Made by a program: the position numbers and the translations under genes
Source: Rhizophagus irregularis
Taxonomy: Eukaryota
Direction: 5' to 3'
Assembly (NCBI RefSeq): GCF_026210795.1
Contig: NC_089431.1
Coordinates: forward strand, 2,108,001-2,172,000
DNA: 64,000 nt
Shown here: in pieces, positions 47,545-60,968 of the stretch
Numbering within the stretch: position 1 is the stretch's first letter
Layout: each line of letters starts with the position of its first letter
The notes under the pieces: model-generated
Databases searched by the model: none
Told to the model about the DNA's origin: nothing
Seen by the model: only the letters and a program-made list of their open reading frames with translations

Positions 47545-50136
47545 AATAATTAAGTTTTAACTTCAATTGATTTTCTTGTATACCTAATTGGTGTATCTTG
47601 CATTTGATAATACAATTGCCGGTTTTCATAATATAAAATATCATGAACTACAGGTTTTTTTGATTTACCCCACCCATTTTAGTTCCTCCAAAGAATAATC
47701 ACACCTAAATGATTATTAAAATTAATTATATATAATTTTTATTAATCATTTGACAAATTTACCTGTTAGTGATTTTTTTTTTCAATACTTGATGTTGAAA
47801 AATATCGTAATACCATTCCTTTTTGATTCAAATATCGCATAAATTGGGGAACATGTTGAGCGAACACATGCATGTATGGGGAGACATCTGTGCACAAATA
47901 CATTCCCTGTTGCTGATTAGCACTATTCATAGTACCAATAGTAGGACGACAAAAATTATGAATCCACTGTTTTGCGTCAGCTTCAAACTGGTCAATTTCC
48001 AAATCTGTTATTGATTTTGGCGAATTATTTTGTAAAGCTGATAAAATTCATGCCAAAGCTGTTCAATTTCTTGTCCTTTTGTAGATTGTCATCCAAAAAG
48101 ATGTGCCACTTGAAATTCTTTCAGTATTTTTTTCTTGTCAGGACCCATAAGAGATGTCCACTCCCATTTTCCATTTTTTGTAGTAGGCAGATAGAATTCA
48201 AAATGAATGTGAAGTCTTTTCATCTGTAATTATCATTGGCTGCACATTGAAAGAGTACATCAGAAATTCGTAACATGAGATGCAACTCATCAGGGATCCA
48301 ATTATTTTGATCAATTGCTTGAAAAAGCATTGTGTTTTTGCATCCTATAATAATTTTCAATTATTGTTAAAATAATTAAGTATACAATGAAAAAAAATCA
48401 TATAACTATTTATTAAAAAATAACAAAAATACATTTTATATACCATGTGTATTTCTTGAATTTACCCATACTAAATCCATGTTATATCGTTGATCTTTAT
48501 GGCAATCACAATATAAACAGAAATAATTGGATGTCGGTGCATTAATTCCTAAGGCTAAGACTACAAATTTCCAATCACCTGAAAAAAAAATTCAACTGGC
48601 CAAATTGTATTATTTGAAGCCTTATATCCATTTGTTTTTAATTGTTCAAGTTCTTGTGAAAATATGGCTGATACTGTAGACAAGGAATCATAAGATTCTT
48701 TTCCTATATATAAGCAAATGCTGTAATAAAAAAACTTTAAATTAATAATTAATTTATAAATCATAAATCATAAATTAAAAAATATACTAATATTACCTGT
48801 ATTGATGTGTAGGATTCAAAACCATTTCACCTTCATTAATAATGCACATAGTAAGCATAACATGTTTTTGCTTGCGCCCCACATTTCTTCCATCTCCACT
48901 TATTCTTATATTAATTTTATTACCAATTTTTAATACAGGAGATGTTGAAGTAGCCAAGATTGGAACTATAATATCTAATAGAGATGTAATAGAATGGTAA
49001 GCACCATTTCCCACTTTTTCATCATCAAATTCTACTTTACTATATTTTGCTGACTCTCATCTCCATAATTATTAATAGCAATACTACAAATATTAAGGGA
49101 ACAAGTATTTTCATTGATTTTGTAATTTCATTTCGCGTTTTTCAATTACATGTTCTCTTGTTAAATTAGGAATAGCTTGTGCTAATCTGTGATACCCATC
49201 ACGTGAAATTAATGTTTCATCACATGCACGAACAATTGAATCTAAATATTTAATGTCATCATCAGCTGCATTATTAAAATCAAAATGTAATTCAACAATT
49301 TCACCATTAATCCTAAGTATTATTGATTCAACAGTTGTAATAATTTCTTCAGATGTAGATGTAAATCTATTTTCTTTAAGAATTTTCATAGTTTGTGCTG
49401 CAATATCTTTTCCAACCATTGAAATTTGCTTATTTTTTTGTGATCTTGATGTAAGTTCATTAAAGGGTTGTTTGCGATTAGCTGGTGTAATAGGTGATTG
49501 TTGGGCAATTGTTTCACGAAGTTGTTGCAGAAAACTTATGTCAAACCTGAAAAGTATTGTACCAAAAACACGTGAAGTAGGCTTATTGCATATTTCCTAT
49601 AAATATAAAATAGCGTTACTACTTGGAAAAACATAATTCATATTTTGCGCTCTTGTTAAAAAAAAAAGAAAAATATAATTCAATTGTAAAAATTGTTAAA
49701 CTTACGTTTAGAAATAAGGAACTTGCAGCCCCAGCTGATGATAAACTGTATCTTGATTCTTTTTGACCATTTTCATCCACCCGTTCAATGGTATATTTAA
49801 CAGTAACTTTACGCGAAAATTGATACTGTGTTTTACATAAAACTGTTAATCCATTTAACATTGTTTCTACTTGATAATTATCTGGAATCTTATGAGCTAT
49901 CCTTTTTCTTTTTTAGTATATTTCACTTTTGTAGGATATCTTCCAAGAGATATAATTTTATATGATTGTAAATAATTTTTGCCACCAAACACCCGAACAG
50001 CATGAATATGTGGATTGGAAGGGTAATTATGAAAAAATGTATGATTTGTACTACTATCATTTACTAAAATTAAATCTTCGTTTGTAGTTTCTTGTATCGG
50101 AAAAGTTATAAAATCTGGGTTTATCAATGTCATCAT
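47545..50136 (-). pseudogene. Multi-exon RAG1/Transib-like DDE transposase, degraded
   Basis: Ordered motifs ISGDGRNVG (~48880-48905), SGDWKFVVLALGINAPTSNYFCLYCDC (~48500-48583), PDELHLMLRI (~48265-48295), YMHVFAQHVPQF and STSSIEKKNH (47769-47878). Frameshifts and short introns are present. Confidence 0.72.
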
Positions 50137-50639
50137 AATATAGGGGTTATTATAAAAAAGCAGGTTAAATTCTATTCTCTTGTAATATTTTGTGCTTATT
50201 AAATGTATTCTAAAATATAATATATTGTTATTAATATTGGCTTCATTAAGGTGAAAATGTAATTAACATAAATAGAAATTCATGAAATTTTAAATTTACT
50301 TGTTTTTCCTTTTTTAGAGTACGTTTACTTTCCTTTTTTGAGTTCACTCAAAGATGAGACTATGAATATGATCGGAGTATGATTAACTTTGGAAAAAGAG
50401 TTGTCAAAATAGAAAGAAAGAAAATTGTTAGTTGGGCCGTGTTATATTTATCATAATATGTTTTCATACTATTTTCATGTATTACAACACGTGTTGTCAC
50501 GAGGATAACGTAATAATCACATACAAATAAATAAGTATTTCTCACATATCACATATGACGATATTATAGAAAAAAGTCCAATTCGCGCATATGTGGTACA
50601 AAGATAACATAACTAATTTAAATTGCAGTTTTGAAAATT

Positions 50640-51466
50640 CACCAGTTCTTTCTGCAATAGAACCTGTAGATACTTCAACATTATTAGTGCCACTACCTCA
50701 AAAAACTTTACTCTTCAAAGTTTGTGTTATTTTCAAGAAGTAGAATATATTCAACCTAATGAAATTATGCACCAAAATAATTCCAAAAGAAATCGATTTG
50801 GAGTTGCATTTTCTACAGCAAAAACTGCTATAAATATTGCTTTGGAAACAAAACCAATGAAGAATTAATTAAGATACTAAAAGATTTTATTGCAGCCAAA
50901 TATGAAAAACAATCAGAAAGAAATGATTATACTAATAATAATTTAAAAGTGAATAATTATACAGAAGATCAATCAAGACAAGATACTAGCAATATAATTA
51001 TTCCTTTACAACTTTACAACAGCACTTAATTGGGCAGATTACTAATCCTAATGTTACTAAAATACGAGTTGCTCCCTTAAAGAAAAGATTGAAGAGCACT
51101 ATGGAATTATCAAAAAAATGGGTCCCAATACAAGAAAACCTAAATAATCCAAATTATCAAGTGGCAAAGAGTCAACATAGGTGTCTGTTATGCGGAAAAC
51201 CTAATCATTAGTCCAAATGCTAGGGATGGGAAATATAGAGGTATTATACTATACTTCCATAGTTCTAGAAAATTATAATCGGAGAGGAGAACAACAGATA
51301 TTTTTGATGTAATTCTTAATGTAATTCAAATACTAATTAAAACATTATTTGTTGTTATAAACGAGATTTATTAATGTAAATTATATAATATATATGTTAT
51401 TTATTATTTTTGAAACGTAAAATATGACCAGGTAATTTTCACCCAGGGTGAGCATTAAAATTATCC
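50640..51466 (+). pseudogene. Probable Mutator/FAR1-like transposase C-terminal fragment with possible element end
   Basis: Degraded reading NSKRNRFGVAFSTAKTAINIALE...ITNPNVTKIRVAP..KRLKS...RCLLCGKPNH (knuckle typical of MULE C-termini). Confidence 0.5.
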
Positions 51467-51488
51467 TTTTCAATCATATCCTTAAAAC

Positions 51489-53030
51489 TAGGGTTCCGAT
51501 CGGTTTTGGTAATTACCGAACCAAACCAATTGGTTTTGGTATCGGAACAGTTTTGGTATTCTGATTTACCGAACTGAACCTTTCAGTAAATTTACCGATC
51601 AGTTTCAGTAATTTCAGTTTCGGTATCAGTTTTGCGATTTACTGAACCGAATTACTGAACTGATACTTTTAGTATCAGTTTCGGTAAATTTTACTGAACT
51701 GATTTACTGAACTTTTCACGTTGCGAATGTATTTTGACAGGCAATTTATTTTTATAAACGTAATTTATTTTGATAAATAATGTAATTTGTTTATGATATT
51801 AAAGCCATTTTTTATTAGTATTAAATTAAATTTTATTAAAATTTGATTAGACCTACAAAAAAAGTAAAAGAACGTTAATAAACATTTTTACATAAAGAAA
51901 AATTAAAAAATCGCTTCTCCCCTTTGAAAATACTTACCACCGGTCTCTATTTCCGGATTCCAGGCTAAAATCTACAAAAAAAAGTAGTAAAAGAACGTTA
52001 ATAAACGTTCTTGCATAAATAAAATAAAAAACCCCCCATTTCCCCTTTTTAAAAATACTCACCAGTCCCTATTTGAGTTCTGGGTTGAAATCTACAAAAA
52101 AATAGAAATAAAAGAACGTTAATAAGCGTTCTTACATAAAAAAAAATTAAAAAATTGCTTCTCCCCTTTGAAAATACTTACCACCGGTCTCTATTTCCAG
52201 ATTCCAGGCTAAAATCTACAGTAAAAGAATGTTAATAAACGTTCTTGCATAAATAAAATAAAAAAACCTATTTCCCCTTTTTAAAAATACTCACCAGTCC
52301 CCATTTGAATTCCGGGCTGAAATCTACAAAAAAAATAGAAATAAAAGAACGTTAATAAATGTTCTTACATAAAGAAAAATTAAAAAATCGCTTCTCCCCT
52401 TTGAAAATACTCACCACCGGTCTTTATTTCCAGATTCCAGGCTAAAATCTACAAAAAAAAGTAGTAAAAGAATGTTAATAAACGTTCTTGCATAAATAAA
52501 ATAAAAAAAACCCAACTTCCCTTTTTTAAAAATACTCACCAGTTCCCATTTGAGTTCCAGGCCGAAATCTACAAAAAAATAGAAATAAAAGAACATTAAT
52601 AAACGTTCTTATATAAAGAAAGATTAAAAAGTCCGCTTCCCCCCTTTGAAAATACTCACCACCGGTCTCTAGGCTGAAATCTACAAAAAAAAAGTAAAAG
52701 AATGTTAATAAATGTTCTTACATAAAGAAAAACAAAAAAATCTCCTCCTGCTTTCCCCTTTAAAAACACTTACTGATCCTCATTTTCAAGCTTCTAGGCT
52801 GAAATCTACAAAAAGGAAAAAAGTAAAAGAACGTTAATAAACGTTCTTACATAAGAAAATCCCAAAAAAACTCGCTTCCTCCTTTTAAAAATACTCACCA
52901 GTCTCCATTTTCAAGTTCCGGCCGAAATCTATAAAAAAAAGGAAGTAAAAGAATGTTAATAAACATTCTTACATAAAAAAAACAAAAAAAAATTAATTTT
53001 GGAGACACTTATCTGTCTCCATTTCCAAGA
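51489..53030. mobile_element. Probable hAT-type MITE; left end and internal array only
   Basis: Starts TAGGGTTCCGATCGG, followed by dense CCGAAC/ACTGAAC subterminal repeats and then a tandem array. No matching right TIR was found. Confidence 0.5.
51850..53030. repeat. ~120-bp tandem repeat with an alternating two-monomer (~240-bp) higher-order unit
   Basis: Each monomer has the hairpin AAGAACGTT-AATA-AACGTTCTT and AAATACTCACCA; two variants alternate. Confidence 0.9.
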
Positions 53031-53454
53031 ATAAAAAAAAGAATTTTTTTTTTAAAAAAAAAATTTGCCGTAATTATGTAGATCGGCCAATCAAGTGTGT
53101 GATACATTGAACAGCCGCACCCATGCAGATCGGCAATTAATTTATTTAAAAAAATGTTTCGTAACGTTTTTATGATAATTTAATAAAAGATCTTTTACTA
53201 AAATTCCTATAAAATTTTGATCACAGCAGTTTTTAATATCTAAGCATATGAGTGATGGTCAGTTAGATCCCTTTCTTATCTTTTCCCATTTCTTGTATTT
53301 TTCTTTTATGGTTGGTGGTATTGAAGATCAAAGTAAAACCTAATCCAACTGTTTCCAAGTAGCAGTGCATTTGGAATTAAAGAAAGTTCAATATTTTTTA
53401 GATTAATTTTGAGTGGTGTCATTATTAGAGTCTTCATTTATAATTATTGGGCAT

Positions 53455-54299
53455 TTTTATTATTAAATTTATTTATTTATTTTTGTTAAAGTGCATCCAG
53501 CACTAGGAGCTTAAATCCCTTGCCACCAGACCTCATCCTTGGATAAAGAGTAGAGCTATACCTACGCCGCCTAGTCTAACCCATATGCACTGGGTAAAAA
53601 TAAAGGAATCAACTACCTCTATAGCCAACGGGCATATAGAGAAAATAAAATATAAAAAATTCTGCAGCTAAGAATGCACTATATTCTAATTAATAATTAA
53701 TTTACGTAATAAAGTTAAAAATCTCTGCTAAAATCTCATTGTTACCTTTATTACACCCTTACTCTTTGAGAAATTCTTTGCCTTCTTCTGAGAATTTGGG
53801 TTCATCAACTGGTTATTATTCTTAGCAGCTTTGGTCGAGGACTTCTTATCCTTTTTCTTAGGCTGATTACTATTCGAACTTTGTCCAGTACCACCAGACT
53901 TCTTGTTCGGAATATTTTTAGCCTTCAACATGTGCTGTTTCTTCAAGATAGGAACGGAGTGTTGACACCATTTCAACTCTTTATTAGTAATAAGGAAAAC
54001 TTGAGGAATATCTAAGGCCTTGAGTGTGGCCTCCCAATTCTCAAAATAGCCTACAAGTTTCCTCTTTCCTTTGCTTGTTTGTATAATTTTAAACGTGCTA
54101 GCACCACACATTGTTAAAAATGTTGTTAGTTTACAGCTTAGAACTTTTCACGTTGTTTTCTTTCTCGTAAAGTCCAACTTGCGGGAAACTATCTTACAGG
54201 TATACCTTCCAGGTCAGTCATCCAGAACTTGTTAAATTGGAGAAGGGTAAATGAGTTCAAAACTATTTTGACTCTAAGAGTCTGATATTTGTATATATA
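53455..54299 (-). mobile_element. 3' part of a second ORF1-only retroposon, interrupted by the pogo-like MITE
   Basis: ORF 53728-54111 (CGASTFKIIQTSKGKRKLVGYFENWE...KWCQHS) is homologous to 3779-4190. A short UTR and (TAAA)n tail follow. Confidence 0.65.
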
Positions 54300-54301
54300 T
54301 A

Positions 54302-54597
54302 CAGTCAACTCCCTCTATAGTCACTCCCGTTATAGTCACATTCTACTATATAGTCACACCAGTTGAATGTTCAAAACACTTTATTATTAAAATCTATCCT
54401 ATATAGTCACAATCTATCTATAGTCACTATCACACCTATCCTCAAAAATCTTATATTAAAAAGAACCGTTTATAATCACAGTTATATAAAGAATATATTA
54501 AATAACTTGGCATCTAATAATCGTACAAAGATCTATCATAGCTTGTTAGAATCGTCTCACTGAGACGAATCGAATGGTGGTAGTTTTATCCTTTTCC
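54302..54597 (-). mobile_element. Arm of a second copy of the pogo-like MITE; the other arm is presumably beyond the window
   Basis: TA|CAGTCAACTCCCTCTATAGTCAC; reverse complement of 24378-24673 with 5 substitutions by manual count. Confidence 0.92.
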
Positions 54598-57500
54598 TGT
54601 GCAAACAGTCTTTTGACTTTATCTTTTATTTATATTTAACTTTTGAAAATACAATTGAACAATATTACAAAAATAAGAAAATAAACTAATAAAAAATAAA
54701 AGAGTAGCTTCACGACTCATACAAGTAAAGAAATCTAAACTAAAATAATATTAAAGCAAAGAAAAACTAAACTATTACAGAATCGCATACCCCAACTTTA
54801 CCCGAAGGCCAGTGTGAGTCAACTATCCAACTTCCAAAAATCCAGCCTGTTACCAGAAAGAAATCTTAAGAGGTTGAACTGTTAAGCGGCGCAGAAAATC
54901 CAAGTGCGAGATCATGATCCACCCCGAATTATAGAAGAGGATATCCAAGAAATCCAGGAATTCTGAGAAACTATCGCCAAAGAAGAGTTGTGAAATTGTG
55001 AAGAAATAGTAATAGATGAAGATTGCGAAGATGGGCCACGTAATTTGGAAGCAGCCGAGATACCTTGTGACTCTTCCCAAGCATGGAAAAAAACATTCCG
55101 ACATAACCAAATTTCATTAAGAAGAGGAGAAATAGTTTTGTAGATAACAGAGAGAGGAAAATACTGCTTCAGAAATGTCGTTAAATGCGCAGTTTACAAT
55201 CCTCTAGTGAGCCAAAGACAGGACGGAGAAGGGTATCGTAGTCCCAACAATCTAAAGTAGAGAATCCAGTTTGGAAAGAAATATCCAAGGACTTCAAGGA
55301 CAAGAACGAAGATAAGCAGGAGTCTCTAAATTTAATAACTTCAGAACGATGTGTTAAACATGGATTGAGATCAGGTAGGATATAAAGACAAGTCCAAAGA
55401 TGGTTCAAGTCTTCAGGAGCAGAGTTGCATTGCGGACAAAACCAATCCAGAGAATACAAATGAGGCATGCGTCGTTGTAAAGTAGTCAAAGTAGGCAACA
55501 TATCCAAGAGAAGTTTGATACAGAAGATCCAGAATTCAGGATGACCATTTTTATGCGAAGCGAAACCTTTAATCTGCAAAAGGCAAAAATGTATACCGGC
55601 CCAGTCAAAGAGTGCAGGGGAGCTAAGTGCAGTAAATCGCGCCATAGAGCAAAATGACAAAAGAGCACGAGCATCCACTATGGAGCGTAGGAAATGACGA
55701 ATATTCATGTCAATAGGCAAAGAATTAAAAGTCAATAGACATGGAGCATGACAGAACGTCAAAGGTGAAAAGGTAGGTTGTAAAGATGAATGAGCATCTT
55801 TGGCCAGAAAATCCGCTTGTATATTGTAGATGTCATCGCCATGAGCAGGGACTTTAATCAAATCGATTTTAAGATTACGATCCATAATAAGTTGTCGAAT
55901 AGAAAGCCAAAGAAGATGAAGCATCAACAAAGCGTGCCCATAGCGAGATTAGCTGACTACAATCAGAACGCAAGGCTGAAGGAAAGCATGAAGGGAGGCA
56001 CAAAGATGAAGAGTCAGGTATAAATTCATTATCATCAAGAGCAAGCCAAGCAGAAGTCATAGAAGGAGGAGAAGAGTCCTTAGCAGAAAAGAATGAACCA
56101 TCGGTATACATGGTATGCACAGAAAGAGGTAAAGCATCATCTTCTATCCTTGTTGTGGAAGGAGAGGAAAGGGCGGAGGAAGCAGGCTATGACAATTTTG
56201 TCAAATGTACAAGGGCCAAAGAAGTAGCATAACTCCATGAAGTAGATAAAGTTATAGGAAGATAAGCCGCAAATACTTTAGCATTTCTGGTAGGATAACC
56301 CACCGTTTCAGATAAACTGACATTGAAAAAACATTTTTCACTATTACAGCGCTGTTTAATTGCAGATTTCTTGGATAGAGCAGGTATATTAAAAGAACAA
56401 CCAGGGCAAGGATTATAGGATAGTTTATCGGCCAGAGTAAATACAGTAAGCCAATGAGACATGATAGCAGAATTTTGTTTCTTGTAGGTGATACACACAT
56501 GACTAACAGATAAAGTTTGAGTGGCAGAATTAAAATTAATAGCCCATTGAGGATAAAAATGATAATCTTTAACAGTATGATCTAATAAACAAGGTGAAGC
56601 TAAAGTAAAAGAAGAATTAATAAAATACAAAGGCAAAAATAAAGAAGAAAAAGAAGAAGAAAGAAAATTATTTTTAATAAAATTAAACCAAATAGGGATT
56701 TGTCCTTTACGGCCAACGATACCAAGGTACCGAAGATCAGACCAATTCATAAGATAACGTCCACAAGGGGAAGCCAGAATTTTTCCAGAGTTTTCAAGCA
56801 GTCTGAAAAATCGAATGTGGTAAAATGGATCGAAGCAGCAGAGCTGATTGTAGATCCCACCTCGTAGGTCAAAAAGGAAGGGACCACGTGATATTCAATC
56901 ATGAAGAGAATAGAATTGAATTAAATAAAATATGTGTTCGAAGAGAAATAACTTGAGACCATGGTTCCAAGCTAATAGTAGTCAGGCAGCTTTCAGCGCC
57001 CAAAAATCCTTGAAGATAAGAAATAGCATAAAAGGCAAAATTCCTGAAATCAGGATGTGTAAATATTTTTGCCAAGATGCAATGTGGGAAGAGAGGAACC
57101 GATAAAAGGCATTTTAAATCGAAAACAGAAGTTTAAGGAATAACAAAGCCAATGGAGTAGTAGTAGCAAGTCCAGCTTTTTTCCGTAAAACTGAGAACAT
57201 GGTATTTTCTGAAAAAAGAGTAGTTTGCAAACGAAATTCCAATCTCGGGAGAAGAACAGCATTATAGAGATAGGCCACATGTTGCGCCAATAACTTTTTT
57301 GGACCAAGAAGAGCAGCCATATCTTTAACCATAGAGCACGCTTGTTCAAGTACAAATTGGGAAGAAGCAGATAAAGAAAACCAAACACCTAAAAAGCGGA
57401 ATGAAGTATTCAAAGCTAAAGAAGAAAGAGAAAGAGAAGTTACTGTAACCAAAGAAGAGGTAAAAGATCAAAAATAATATTCGATGAAGGGGAGGAAGAT

Positions 57501-57758
57501 AACATATTTAGCCGAATTGGCTTGAACATTATTTAAAGTATAGAATTCAGCAGTAATGGAAAGGCGATCTTCAATTCCAGACTTTGAAGAAGCAATAAGG
57601 GTAGAATCATCCATAAATGTTAAGTGTGAAATGGGTAAAGAATGTTGTTCAAATTCAAGCGGAAAATAATCTAAAAGAGCTGAAGATTTTAAAATAAAAA
57701 GATCTCGTGCTTCTTGATTCAAAACAGTAAGTAAGGGATCCAGGTAAATAATCCAAAG

Positions 57759-60700
57759 CAGTGTTGGTTTTGGACTTGTCCAATTGGTTTTTTGAATTGG
57801 ACAGTTTTGGACGATCCAAAACTAGTTTTGGACCGTCCTAAACTGTCCAAAAGTTCTATGGGTTTTGGACAGTCCAAAACTGTCCAAAACTGTCCAAAAC
57901 TAGGTTTTGGACTGTCCAAAATTGTCCAATACTGTCCAAAACCCATATTTAGTAAGACTAAGAGATTATATGTAGATCATTTCAAGATTATCTTTTTTTT
58001 ACTTTTGTTCATAACTTCGTAATATTTTTTTTCTTTATACTCTGCTTATAAGTTATAACCTTACTACATTTACACTTTAAAGTTTAAACTTAATAATATT
58101 TTAACTTATGCCACGTGGAAGGCCGACCTAGGCATATTCTTTCTACATATGTAACAATTTTGAAAAAAACTAATTCAGGAGACAAAGACCGTCAATGTAT
58201 TTGCAATTGTTGTGCTGAGGTTTTAAAAGATAATGCCAAACCTATAGTAAATAGAAAGGAAAGAATTAAAAAACATTTAACAAATTGTAAATATTTTTGG
58301 GACAAATATAAAGGAGAAGCAGAGGAAATACTTGGAACTTGTGATGTTGATGAAGAAATGCCACCATCTAAACATATACGTATTGATGGTAAGCATATGT
58401 ATTTTTTTTAAGATTTTTTAAAAAAATATGTTTATTAATTAATTGGTTGATTGTATTTACAGATGATAGTGCATCTATTTCAAGTTTTCGTACAAATTCT
58501 ACGTCCTCATCATTTAATTTAAGTCGCCGGTCATCTGAATCTTATTATCAATCATCAATATCCAAATTTGCTGTACGTGATCTCAATAAATCCGAAATTC
58601 CTAAATTCCATGATCTTTTAATTAGGATGACAGTATCTAATGGCTGGTCATTTCAATGGGTTAATAATCCTTCAACACATGCTTTTTTTCATTGGTTAAA
58701 TCCAAAGTTAAAGTTGCCAGATCGAAAGCAACTAGCTGGTCCAATATTAGATCAAGCTATTAAAGGTATTGAACAATTACGTAAAGAAAAGTTAAACCAG
58801 GTACATGAACAAGCTGGTATTACTCTTTCATTCGATGGTTGGAAAAATATTGTAAATCAAGAATTACTTGGAATTATGATTATATTACCTTCTGGCGAAA
58901 CTTTGATATGGAAAGCAGTAGATATAAGTGATCAGAGAGGACGTGCAATTGATGTTATACCAAAAATAGAAGAAATATTAAATGATTTAAAGGATCAATC
59001 AATTAAAGTAGCCGCACTTGTGAGTGATAGTGCTGCTCATATGCTTCAGCACGGTAAGTTGATTGTGTATTTATTATTTATTAATTAATTTATTTTTTTT
59101 TAATTTATTTAATGAATTTTTATTTTATTTAGACGACAGCTTCGTCTCAAATACCCTCAATATGTATTTTTACCATGCTTTGCACATCAATGCAATTTAG
59201 CCGTTGGAGAGATTTTTAAAGAATCTAGTATCTTGAAAAATGCATCTACTAATGCTGTAAAATTGGTTAATTATTTTAATCATCCTAATAATGTGTATTT
59301 TATTGGAAAATTACGAAATATTCAACGAGAACTTTACTCAAAATATTATGCAATAATAAGACCCGGCGATACAAGATGGAATTCTTATTATGAATGTTAT
59401 TTAAGTTTAATTCGGACTAAACAGGCATTGAGAGTAAGTGAAATTTATTAATTAAATATTAAAAAATTAAATACTAATTTATTATTTTTTAATAGAATTT
59501 AGTTACTCGTTATGAGCCTCCTAAAGAAACTTCATCAAGATCTACTGAATTATACCTTCCAACTGATATCTGCCAAATAATTATGGGTGATTTATTTTGG
59601 TCCCGTATTTCACAACTTGCAACATTGATGAAACCTTATTGTGGAGCACTTGATAAATTGCAAACAGATAAGGCTCGACTACATGATGTTGCTTTATCTT
59701 TTGGATATTTTATTAAATTTTGGGAGCAGAATACAGATCGATTCTTGTCTGAAGGCATAATTTCACGTCTTGAAAAACGTTGGAATGACTGGGAACAGCC
59801 TATACTACTACTTTCTCTTGTACTTCATCCCAAATATCGCCTTAACAAATTTAATCCTGACTTAGAAACAATCAATTTTGTAACAATGGGAACTTGGCTT
59901 GATTATTATTATAAAGCTTGGACATCTGAAAAGCCAACAAAACTACTTGCACAATTTGAATCTTATCGAGTTAAAAAACCACCTTTTAATAATGAAACAT
60001 ATGAGCAATTTGGTGATGATGTTTTGGCATATTGGTATTATTGTTCTACAATGTGCAAGGAATTAGGATTTATAGCAACAAAAATTTTCAGTATTTGTGT
60101 GAATTCAGCCTCTGTAGAACGATTATTCTCATCTATGGGATTTTTGCACACTCCTCGAAGAAACAAATTAAAGGCAATATTGTTTTGTTTTTTATATATT
60201 ATTGATATTTACTAATTAATTTTTATTTATTTATTTAGCATGAAAGAGTTGTAACTATGGCTCAACTTCGAGCAGATATTCATCAGACTGAAAATGAAAA
60301 AAAAAGGAAACGTGAATCTGAAAAAATAAAGGTAAATATTACGCCACCAATTATTGAATCAGATGAACAAGAAACTGGTAATACAGAACAAAATGAAGCT
60401 GAAAGAATACTTGAGGACTTACAAGAAACATTTGATTACATAACAACTGAACAAGATTGGACTGAACGTCTGAATGAATGGAATGAGCTATTAATGGAAG
60501 AAGAAAGAGCACAGAATCTGAATGTTACAGAGGAATCATTAAATTGTAGTGATAATGATCTATTAAATTCATATATCCATCCTGCTATTAATGCTGATGC
60601 AAAGTGGAACTTACGAGATCTTTTTATTAGAGAATTGGAAAGGCCAGAATTTATATCTGTGTCTTCAGAATTTAATTAGTTAAATATGTAATTAGTTTAT

Positions 60701-60968
60701 TATAATTTTTTTCGTTCAATAATATAATGTTAATAATAAATATTAAATAATGGCTTAAAATTTAGTAATGCTAATATAAATTTGTAATTAACATTTATTT
60801 TATATAATGCTTACCAGAATTGGTTATAATTTTGGCCCAAATTAATTTAATAATCACGTGATCTGTCCAAAACTTGTCCAATGAAAAAAGGTTTTGGTTT
60901 TGGACAGGTTTTGGACAGGGGTTTGGACAGATGTCCAAAACATCAAATTGTCCAATTGCCCAACACTG
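57759..60968 (+). mobile_element. Full-length hAT DNA transposon (3210 bp) inserted in the LINE RT domain
   Basis: TIR CAGTGTTGG / CCAACACTG; flanks TCCAAAG (57752-57758) and CCCAAAG (60969-60975); subterminal TGTCCAAAA/TTTTGGACA repeats at both ends. Confidence 0.92.
58108..60679 (+). pseudogene. hAT transposase, 5 exons (58108-58388, 58463-59053, 59133-59433, 59496-60173, 60239-60679), two apparent 1-bp frameshifts
   Basis: BED-like CICNCC..KKHLTNC, SFDGW, VSDS, CFAHQ, TRWNS, LHPKY, NSASVERLFS; three GT-AG introns and one GC-AG intron; frameshifts at ~58115 and ~59037. Confidence 0.88.
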
